Positions 1-64,000 of a stretch of 64,000 nt of DNA are shown piece by piece. The DNA is taken from positions 35,340,001-35,404,000 of the forward strand of contig OZ231126.1 in the NCBI GenBank assembly GCA_965153355.1, in the 5' to 3' direction. The stretch is from Flaccisagitta enflata. Taxonomy: Eukaryota. Each line of letters begins with the position of its first letter. Within the stretch, counting starts at the first letter, position 1. Position numbers and translations under genes: made by a program. Under the pieces are notes generated by a model. That model saw only the letters and a list, made by a program, of their open reading frames with translations. It had not been told where the DNA came from and searched no databases.

Positions 1-400
1 AAAGAAGGAAAAATCTTTTAATCCTCCTGTTGTGAGGCTGACAATGTTCTAATGATTGTTCTTATTTTTTTCCACATCTTACCCTCAATGTTCTTATAAA
101 CAAGGTTCTTAGTCAAAGAATAAAGTGTAACAGAATTTAATTTTTTCTCCTCTCCTCACTGTAAAAGATATTAAAGAAAAAAACTTCGTGAAAAATCCCA
201 CATTTTTTCCCCGGAATCGGCAATTTAAACTAATGCGTAGAGCCACGATGCACGCAACTCAAAATTGTTTTTGTCGCGTGCTACGCAACTCTACACCCCG
301 CTATGTCTGTCTGTCTGTCGGTTGGTCGATCGGTCTGTGGGTTGGTTGGTCAGTCAGTCGGTCGGTCGGTCTTTCCCCTATTTACTTTCTTGGCGTTTTT

Positions 401-980
401 GGGCAGCGGCGCCAAAGGGCCGATGTCCTGTAGGACACAGGGGGGAATTTCTGTCCGTCCGTCCCCCCATTGACCATCGAGGCCTCAAATCCATCAGACC
501 TGATTTAGGCCCTCTAACCTAAGCCCTCAAATCAGCCCTCCAGGCCTCAAATCAGCCCTCCAGGCCTAAAATCAGCTCTCCAGGCCTCATATCAGCTCTC
601 CAGGCCTCAAATCAGCTCTCAAGGCCTCAAATCAGCTCTCCAGGCCTCAAATCTGCCGTCCAGACCTCAATTCAACGTTATGGGCTCAAATCAGCCCTCC
701 AGGCCTCAAATCTGGCCCTAAGACCTCAAGCCTGCCCCCAGACCTTGAATCTAATCTTCAGGCCTAAAATCTTCCCTCCAGACCTCAAATCCCACTTCAA
801 TTACCCCTTAGGCCTGATATATTCCCCCTCAGGACGTCAGGAAATTCCCCCCTGTGTCCTACAGGACGTCGGTCCTTTGGAGCAGCTGCCCTGCTCTTAC
901 TGCACTACTTTACTAGATCACTTCAAGCAGGGCATCGGCCATCGGGTTCCGCTGACCATGTGCAAACCTTGGATGACTAT
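401..980 (+). mobile_element. Non-autonomous element with ~50-bp inverted repeats and an internal 21-bp tandem, nested in a HINE
   Basis: GGGCAGCGGC...TCCTGTAGGACACAGGGGGAATTT (401-450) is inverted at 841-891; tandem CAGCCCTCCAGGCCTCAAAT; relatives at ~9532-10107 and ~10230-10781. Confidence 0.65.
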
Positions 981-1127
981 TTGAGGTCTTTGGGCTTAAT
1001 GCCCCTGCCCAGATGCCCAAGTGACCCTCTCCAGCACTGCTCCTATTCACCCGCACGCGACTGGGGTAGCCGTATATCCGGGCTTATTCATTTTCTAAAC
1101 ACTTTAAGCCTGAATTAAAACTGGTCA

Positions 1128-1490
1128 AATTCAATTCAATTCAATTCAACAGTCTATTTCGGGCATTAAGTTTACACAGCAGCGTCAATATGATGGGTGG
1201 GGGAGGACCATACAAAAGCCTTGATGGTCAGGGGCAGAATCAGTTTGCGTCAGAATAGACGAGCGGGCGACTGGCTTGTCCCCGTTGGCCCTCATAATGT
1301 AGGGCTCGTTATAGGTTAAAGGCACAACAATAATAACACATATTTAAGGAGAGCAACGTAAGAGTACGTTTAACAGTAAAAACATCACAAAACAAATGAT
1401 ACCAGTACAAACGAACACGAGAGTAACGTACGAGTTACGTTCAATAGTATAAACATCAAAAACGAAAATCACTGCATGGTATGTCACTAC
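1128..1490 (-). mobile_element. Possible 3' end of a non-LTR retroelement with (TTGAA)n tail
   Basis: (AATTC)n at 1129-1148 following an AAATAGA-like signal on the minus strand; the far boundary is uncertain. Confidence 0.35.
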
Positions 1491-2064
1491 CATTGCGGAC
1501 ACGCAACTCTTTAAGAGGCTATGTTCATCCGTTGGTCCATTGGATCATAGGTCCGTTGGTCCATTGGTCCATCAGTCCGTTCGTCCGTCCGTCACACTCG
1601 AGTTGTCACGCTTGAGTTGAAAACGCAAAAAAAAAAAAAAAAACGCGTATTTAGGATGCTGCATTTGGCATTGTTTGTGTGTGAGTGTCTTGGAGGGGGG
1701 GTTCGAGGTGTGGTTGGGGTGGGGCTGGGGGTTGGATGCCCCTGCCCACCCATCCGCGACGATATTGTGACCCCGCGTCACTTGTTATATAAAACAGATC
1801 GTGGCTCCAAGGGTTTACGCCTTTATCAAAAATTGCATTCACGCGACTAAAAACACTGATAGCGGGAAACGCAAATGGATGTACAGCTGAACTCCGCTCT
1901 AACTGACCCGCCAGCGACGAAATATCACTTAAGACAGATGCAAGTTTTTGGTCCTTTTAACTTTTTTTCTTTTGTTACCTTTGTTGTCTAGTACAAAATT
2001 CGACTTATAACTGATAAAACTTGTTGATCCCTTGTAATCCGTAAAAGCGGTCAATTCAACAAAC

Positions 2065-56142
<54,078 letters not shown>

Positions 56143-56353
56143 CTGAAAGGAAAGAAGAGACAAAATTTTGGCTTTCTATTCTTTTGGATCGCAGCGAAGA
56201 AAAATCCTCGTAGAGATCGATGGGTTTTGGTGGATTTCTTTTTTCTTGTGTTTATTTTTTACCCTTGTCACTCACCATCAGAATTAGGAAACAAGGTAGC
56301 CATGGCAGAGTCATCAAAGTAGCAAGGGGATACTCAACAAGGCCGTATACATG

Positions 56354-56680
56354 CTGTTGTTGTTGTTGTTGCCACTTGGAAGGAGTGGAAGTTTCCCATA
56401 CTTTCGTACTGTAAGGGGCGTTCTGCCTGCTAATGCAGTTACGCAGATCCACCATTCGAGGCGCCCCTGTCCGGATCCATTGTTACCCACCCTTCCACCC
56501 TTCAACCCTCCCCTCTAGCTAGCTGTTTTACTGGATTCACCAGGCAGCCCCTCCTAGAGCCCGATCGCATGGTTGGGCATTCCAACCTCCGTTGAAAAGA
56601 CTCGTCCAATGCAGGACTCGAACTCGTGACCCAGAGGGCCACGAGCGCACACGCTACCTCTGAGCTATCTCCCCCCCCGG
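56354..56680 (-). mobile_element. tRNA-derived SINE with (CAA)n tail
   Basis: Minus strand has A-box TAGCTCAGAGG, B-box GAGTTCGAGTCC and a (CAA)n tail; 10-bp TSD CGTATACATG at 56344-56353 and 56681-56690 splits a HINE terminus. Confidence 0.85.
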
Positions 56681-57644
56681 CGTATACATGGCAGCATTAG
56701 TCGCGGACAGGTGGGCAGGAGCAGAAAACCTCGAAAAGTGACTTTGTTATGGACCGACGGACCGACGGACCGAAAAGTGGCTTAAAAGTCGCGTGTACGC
56801 GACTAAAAATCCTACATTACTTATTAGTCGCGGACACACGACTCTACGCCTTGCCATGACGGTCGGTCGATCCGTCCGTCAGTTCACATCCCTCCGTAAC
56901 ATTTTTGAATTGCGATCGGATTTCGCATCACTGCTCCTGTCGAACCGCCTACGACTGGATTATCGTATATCCGGCCTTGTTTGGAAAATATTGATGACAT
57001 AAGGTATTTCTAAAGGTATCTTTTCAAGAAATTATTGATCGGGAACAATTTTTACACAAACCAGACCATGACAAATGAACAGAAATTGGAACAAGATCAT
57101 CGTTCATTCCTGCTTACTTTCTTCAACCAAAGTTGTCTTGCTCAGTAATTATCATGGAAAGATGCGAAGCGAACACTGGGTTTGCATTAGAATGACTTAG
57201 ACGGATGGACGGACCGACAAAGCGGGGTGTAGGGTCGCGTAGCACGCGATTAAAAAAAAAAAACAAAAAAAAAAACATAAAAAAAAACGAAATGAACAAA
57301 AAAAAAAACGACCTACATGTTTGTCAGTGTTTTACACCCCGGTAATGGGAAAACCATAGCAAAATCTGTAACTATTCTGAAGCTAAACAAAAGATAATCA
57401 AAATGATACCTTGCTAGTTGTCCTAGCTTCATCCATTTAGACATGGCGTTAAGATAAAGACAGGTGGTCAACAATTTGAAAATACACAAAAGGATTTCCA
57501 TGTCATAACTTTGTCGTAACATAGAAAATGAACACATTTAAAAAAAAATCTGAACTCTTTAGTTGGCTCATTGATATGACAGCTATGACAGTTCTGAGTT
57601 GCATTATGAAGTCAAACGTGAAGACAATAGTTACTTGTAGGTAA

Positions 57645-59438
57645 ACAAGGCCAACACCTATAAGTCGCGTGCAGGACAAATAACTGAACTGACGTGACTC
57701 CTTACTGTATCTTTTTATCAAAAATCAGACTTAAACCTGACCCAAACCAGACCCAAACCAGACTCAAACCAGACCCAAACCAGACTCAAACCAGACTCAA
57801 ACCAGACTCAAACCAGACTCAAACCAGAATTAAACCAGAATTAAACCAGAATTAAACCAGACCTAAACCAGACCTAAACCAGACCTAAACCAGACCTAAA
57901 CCAGACCTAAACCAGACCTAAACCAGACATAAACCAGACCTTAACCAGACATGAATCAGACATAAACCAGACCTAAACCAGACCCAAACCAGACATCAAT
58001 CAGACATAAACCAGACATAAACCAGTCTTAAACCAGACTCAAACCAGACTCAAACCAGACTAAAACCAGACTCAAGCCAGACTCAAGCCGGACTCAAACC
58101 AGACTCAAACCAGATTCAAACCAGACTCAATCGGTCAGGGATCCGGTTAGAGAAAATCTCAATTCTAAGGGTTTTGAAAAAAAAAACATGGACACCTCCC
58201 AGATTTTTGCACAGGGGACCTAAAAAGGCTGTAGAACACGATTCTGATATTCATTTTGACCTAACTTGAGCCAAAAAAATTAGAAACAGTTTTTTGTGTT
58301 TAAAATTGTGTTTTTTGCTGTAAAAACGCTAATTTTTCAACATTTTTTGGTTAATATGGACTGAAATTGATGTATTTTGATTATTTGTACTGTGCTGATT
58401 CAATTTTTGGTGTGTTTCCACGATTTTTGCTAATTTTGAAAATTTGCACTTTGATCTCATTTGCATATTGCGGTTTCGCGTTTTTCGTTTATAACATGCA
58501 TGTTTTTTTAAGTACGTCGATGAAATTCATACTGACACTATATCTTACCCTAAGAAACTGTTCCAAAATATCAGTTTTTGAATTTTTTTATTTTTGGGTC
58601 ATTTCTTCATTTTTAGGGATTTTAACGCTATTTTTGAACCTCTTAGACCTATTCAAAATCGTTCTAGGTTCACTCAAATATCAATTGCTATTGGTACTTT
58701 ATGTTTCTGTAAAAAAAAAGTCCAAAATGTTTCATTTTATACTATTTTTTTATGAAAAATAGCTGTTTTTGGCACAAAAAACCGTTTCTAATTTTTTTGG
58801 CTCAAGTTAGGACAAAATGAATATCAGAATCATGTTCTACAGCCTTTTTAGGTCCCCTGTGCAAAAATCTGTGAGGTGTCCATTTTTTTTTTTTTTTTAT
58901 TTAAGCTTTTTGCAACCGGGATCCCTGACCGCAATCGGGACTCAATCCAGACTCAAACCAGACTCAAACCAGACTCAAACCAGACTCAAACCAGACTCAT
59001 ACCAGACTCAAACCAGACTAAAACCAGACTTAAACCAGACTTAATCCAGACTTAAACCAGACTTACACCACACTTACACCACACTTACACCACACTTACA
59101 CCACACTTACACCACACTTACACCAGACTTAAACCAGACTCAAACCAAGACTTAAACCAGACTCAAACCAGACTTAAAGCAGACTTAAAGCAGACCAAGA
59201 AATGACAAAAGATGGAGTCCCCAGCCCGGACCCATGACCAGAGATTAGGTACCGAGATCGGGCAATCCGTGTATCGGTGCGGTCAAATAGGATAACGGAA
59301 ATCCGAAATTCACCATGAAAACCGATCGTTCCTCTTCCTCTTCCTCCTCCTCCTTCTTCTCTTCCTTCCCTTTCTGCTCTTCTATTCTTCCATGATCCTT
59401 TGTTTCTTTAAGTCGATCTTATACCGCTTGGTGTATGC

Positions 59439-59513
<75 letters not shown>

Positions 59514-60260
59514 TTCCTTTCACCATATTTGGGTAAATGTATATCACGAGGATCATCATGAGTCAAATGCAATGAACCTTTTACCAAGTTGGTTCCTTCT
59601 ACATCTACACGTATAATGTGCAACCTTGTTTTGAAAAACGTCCAGTTATTCAGGGATAACGACCTAAGCATAAAATGGCGGATTTTTACCATATAACGAC
59701 CTCATAACGGCCGACTACTGACATATAGTAACGCAAATCTCTGCCCATGACGACTCAAGATGACCCAAAATGACCTACAATGACCCAAAGTGACCCATAA
59801 TATCCAAAGAAGACCTATTAAGACAAGAAATAAGAAAAAAGGACAAAAATGAGTTAAATGATCAAAATGAACAAAATGACATAAATGACCAAAATTAAAA
59901 CATACCAAAAATGATGTCAAATGACCAAAAATGACAGGAAATGTCCCAAAATGGCTTAAAATGACTTAAAACTACTTTAAACACCCAAAAATGACACAAA
60001 TGACATAAATGAGCAAAATGACATATATGATCAAAAATGATCAAAAATGATCAAAAATGACCAAAAATTATCAAAAACAATCAAAAATGACTTAAAGCAA
60101 CAAAAAATGACTCAAAATAACTCCAGACAACCCAAAATGACCATAAACGACGCAAAAAAGCTAAGTGTTACCGACGGACTGACGGACGGACCGACGGACG
60201 GACCGACGGACGGACCGACCGACGGAGCGGGTTGTAGAGTCGCGTGCACGCGACTAAAAA
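57645..60260 (-). mobile_element. Long HINE-like element carrying (AAACCAGACT)n and (AAAATGACY)n arrays and a nested foldback
   Basis: Ends ACAAGGCCAACACCTATAAGTCGCGTGC and AGTCGCGTGCACGCGACTAAAAA enclose decamer arrays (57730-58130, 58940-59195) and an AAAATGAC array (~59750-60145). Confidence 0.65.
58133..58930. mobile_element. Foldback/MITE inserted in a decamer array
   Basis: GGTCAGGGATCCGGTT ... AACCGGGATCCCTGACC with ~190-bp mirrored arms. Confidence 0.7.
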
Positions 60261-61007
60261 GCCGAAATTCACACTTTTTTTTCAATCAGTGATAGTTTTC
60301 TTCAAACCTATGCCATTTTTAAACGAATAAAGCAACAGAGACCTGCAACGTTGTGCAATTGTGTACGGCCAGGTTTTTAGTCGCTGCCTAAGCGACTCTA
60401 TAAGAGGGTGTGTCCCTTGGTCTGTCTGAAAGTCTGGATGTCTGGATGTCCGTCACGCGAAAATTTTGATGACGCGAAATCGACTGAAAAACGGATTTCT
60501 GACCATCACAGCTCCTGCCTGGCGTCAATACAGCCCCCGCCCACTCGCATTACTGCCCCTGCCAACCAACAGCGACTACCGATTGGCCGTGTATCCGGCC
60601 TTGTTCCATTTGAGACAGGGCGCATTTAACGACATGGCCGAGAACACATTGACGTGTCAGTGGGCAGAGATATTAATAAAGATGTTAACCATGACGTTTG
60701 GGCAGTGGCAGCGATGCCAAAAGGTTAAAATACATCCGAGAAAGTAAACGGGGGGGGGGGTGGCGGCGGACCAACCAACCAAGCGGGGTATAATGTCATG
60801 GTGTATTGGAACAGGAAATTTTGGTTTCATTTTACTTATCGCATTTGATAATTGATGTACATTTACGATCAAAACATATTTTCAGGATTTTAGTTTAGTT
60901 TTTTTGATATGATGTATAGGGTGTTTTAACAATGTTTTTAAACTCAGAACATCGACGATGGATTCATAATGACCAGAAAAAAGAATTGAATGTTTAAATT
61001 AACTAGA

Positions 61008-62554
61008 ACAAGGCCAACACCTGTAAGTCGCGTGCGAAACAAAAATAACTGAATTGACTTGACTCCTTATTGAATCTCTTTATTGACTCAAACCACAGTT
61101 AAACTAGACTTAAACCTGACTTCAACAAGACTTCAACCAATCCTTACCCAAACTTAAACCTGACTTAAACCAGACTCAAACCAACTTAAACCAAACTTAA
61201 ACCAGACTTAAACCAGACTCAAACCAGACCTAAATCTGACCTAAACCAGACCTAAACCAGACTCAAACCAGAATTTAACCAGACTTAAACCAGAATTAAT
61301 CCCGACTTAAACCAGACATAAACCAGACCTAAATCTGACCTAAACCAGACCTAAGCCAAAACTAAACCAGACCTAAACCAGACTTCAACCAGACCTAAAC
61401 CAGACCTTAACCAGACTTCAACCAGACATAAACCAGACATAAACCAGACTTAAATGAGACTCAAACCAAACTTTAACAAAACATAAACCAGACTTAAACA
61501 AGACTTAAACGAGACTTTAACCAAACTTAAACCAGACTTGAATCAGACTTAAACCAGACTTAAACCAGACTTTAGCCAGACTTGAACCATCTTAAACCAG
61601 ACCTAAACCAGACCTAAACCAGACATAAACCAGAATCAATCCAGATGTAAACCAGACATAAACCGGACTTAAATCTGACCTAAACCAGACCTGAACCAGA
61701 CCGAAACCAGACTTATACAGACTTAAACCAGACTTAATCCAGACTAAGCCAGACTTAAACCAGACTTAAACCAGACTTAAACCAGACCTAAACCAGCCTT
61801 AAACCAAACTTAAACCAGACTTGAACCAGACTTAATCCAGACTTAAACCAGACCGTAAACCAGACTTTAACCAGACTTTAACAAAACCTTAACCAAACTT
61901 AAGCCAGACTTAAACCAGACTTAAACCAGACTTAAACCAGGCATAAACCAGACTTAAACCAAACTTAAACCAGACATAAACCAAACATTAACCAGACTTA
62001 AACCAGACCTTAAAAAAAAAGACTGAAAGTGGCTCAAAATGACCAAGAAAGACTTAAAATGACTTGAGATGACTTGAAATGACTAAAAATGACTCAAGAT
62101 GACTTAAAATGATGCAAATTGACAAAAACTACAAAAGCCAAAAAATATCTTAGAGTGACTTAGAATGACTTTTAATAACTTAAAATGACTTATAATGACT
62201 TAGAATGACTTAAAATGACTTAAAATGACTTAGCATGACTGAAAATGACTTAAAATGACTGATAATAACATAAAATGACAAAAAAGAAAAAACAAAAATG
62301 ACAAAATGATCAAGATGATCAAGATGACTAAAAATGACTCAAAATGACTCAAAATGACTGGAAATTACATAAAATGATATGAAATGACTTGAAATGACCT
62401 AAAATAACCTAATATGACATAAAATGACGCAAAACAACAAATAAAAGCAAAGTGTTACCGACCGACCAACTGCAGACCGACAGACCGACGGACCGACGGA
62501 CCGACCGACCGACCGACAAAGCGGGTCATAGAGTCGCGTGCACGCAACTAAAAA
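61008..62554 (-). mobile_element. Second long HINE-like element with the same internal arrays
   Basis: Same termini; decamer array ~61090-62010, AAAATGACT array ~62035-62430, then (GACC)n. Confidence 0.7.
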
Positions 62555-64000
62555 TGGGGAACACAATTTCAAAAAGTTGTCAATTGAAATTATAGTACTG
62601 CGTCTGTGAGGAAAATTTTGCATTTTTAAAAACATACTATCTAGGAAATAAATATACGGACACCTAATCAAGGTTATAGCAGCTAAACTTAAATACCCCA
62701 TGAAAAAATGGAAGAAGATCAACAAACTATGACAAAAAATCTTCCATTCAAGACCAAGCAGAGCTTAGTGGCTCAATCCGTTGTCAAATGACAGCGTTTT
62801 GAAGAAAAATAGTCATTTTACTAAAATTATATTTAGAGAGTTTCAATACAAATCTTCATAGGACAACCTTCATTAAAAGAGCTCTTAAATCTAAATGGAT
62901 TGACCAAAATCATATTGCTTGGCCTCATTAGATCACATTTTTCATAAAACTTTTTGATTGTAGAAATAAAGGTTGCAGTGAAATATTTAACTATGACATT
63001 ATCAAATATAAAAAAAAAATTAAACTCATTTCATGATGTTTTTGTTGCTTAATAGGAAATTAGGGATACTCTGATTTAAGTGGAAAAATCATGGACCAAT
63101 CCAATAGAAACTCGAAACAGAGACACTTGATAGTTCAAAATACCATTTAATGACTGAAACATATTTTTCATTCAGTGAATGAAAAGGCTTTGTTTACTCC
63201 GGCTGTCTATATTTATTTCCTAGATAGTAGCCGTTTTCTTATGTTTTAAAAAGAGGCCATGTTCTTGAAAATGCAAATTTCTTTATTTCTTTGCAGTTAT
63301 ATAATTTCACCTAACAGGAGTGAGAAGACAAACTATAATTTTCAACAAAAAATTTACTTTTTTCTACCTTTTTTTAATATATCGTGTACATCAAATCTGT
63401 ATTTTACAGATGATCTAAGCAAAAGTTTTTTGTTTAACCCTTAAAAAATGTTTTTTTTTTCAAAAAACAAAATTACAGAAAGATAATCGGGAAAAAAGTC
63501 GAAGTCAGTCTTTGACTTTTTGACATATTCAAGAGAAACATGGTTTTCATTTTCTTTTGGGAAAATCTCGATCAACTGATTGGTCGTCAGACAAAATTGA
63601 TAGTGTAAGTAAATTTGATAATTCTCTTTCACTGTGCTTTTAAAAAAGTTCTCAGTGGAAAGTCATATAACTGTGGGTTTTTCTGCATTTTTGAGCAGTA
63701 TTGGGATATAAGAGCATGTAACTAGCAAAAATAAAATCATTCCCCGAGCGCTTTTTGAGTAATCTACAAAATAAAAAAAAATTAAACCTATTTGTAATGC
63801 AGATTCTAATGAGTTGTATTGGCTCATTTTTTGATTCTATAATGTTATTCTAAACAAAATTTCCTTTCATTCGATAGGTCACACTATATGGTTTTATATA
63901 AAAATTAAGTTTTCATATTTTGAGCCACCATTATTTTCTTGTAACAGTGACTCAAAAAATGAAATTTTTAATTCTTTGCATAAGTATAGAGTGCGACCTA

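Noticed and set aside
1-110. Next ABCA exon with the H-loop (expected RTI.LTTH)
   Set aside because: The minus strand gives RTIIRTLSASQQED-stop with no TTH motif or good acceptor; the exon probably lies outside the window.
56600-56680. tRNA gene
   Set aside because: A and B boxes are present but there is no convincing cloverleaf; the body, (CAA)n tail and TSD identify a SINE.
57313-57537. Candidate ABCA N-terminal exon (VMTWKSF resembling LLWKNF)
   Set aside because: A stop follows within a few codons and no consistent splice path to 56142 was found.

Overview
This is repeat-rich, AT-rich eukaryotic DNA, most likely from an invertebrate animal; I cannot identify the species. (1) The backbone is part of a minus-strand ABCA-subfamily ABC transporter gene. 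I reconstructed 13 GT-AG exons (56142 down to 2065) that splice in phase into about 637 stop-free codons, covering extracellular domain 1, the first TM bundle and most of NBD1. The start and the C-terminal half were not found in the window. (2) A very young 13.2-kb BEL/Pao LTR retrotransposon (34041-47277, + strand, 5-bp TSD TGGGT) sits antisense in the ~21.8-kb intron, inserted into a 71-bp G-rich minisatellite. It is the most unusual object here. It has no tRNA-type PBS; the 11 nt after the 5' LTR are instead complementary to the predicted first 11 nt of its own transcript, as in Tf1-type self-priming. Its LTRs read TG...TA. Gag and pol are in frame across a UGA-CUG stop followed by a stem-loop, which suggests read-through. 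Gag is 1271 aa and very Q-rich. An extra non-env ORF with spliceosomal intron signals lies between pol and the 3' LTR. (3) The introns are crowded with nested non-autonomous elements: HINE/DINE-1-like Helentron derivatives (some carrying satellite arrays), Tc1/mariner-, hAT-, Transib- and Chapaev-type MITEs or foldbacks, a tRNA-derived SINE, LINE remnants and microsatellites. Frameshifts at ~41.8-48.1 kb look partly like consensus indel errors. All calls are by eye; no database search was run.
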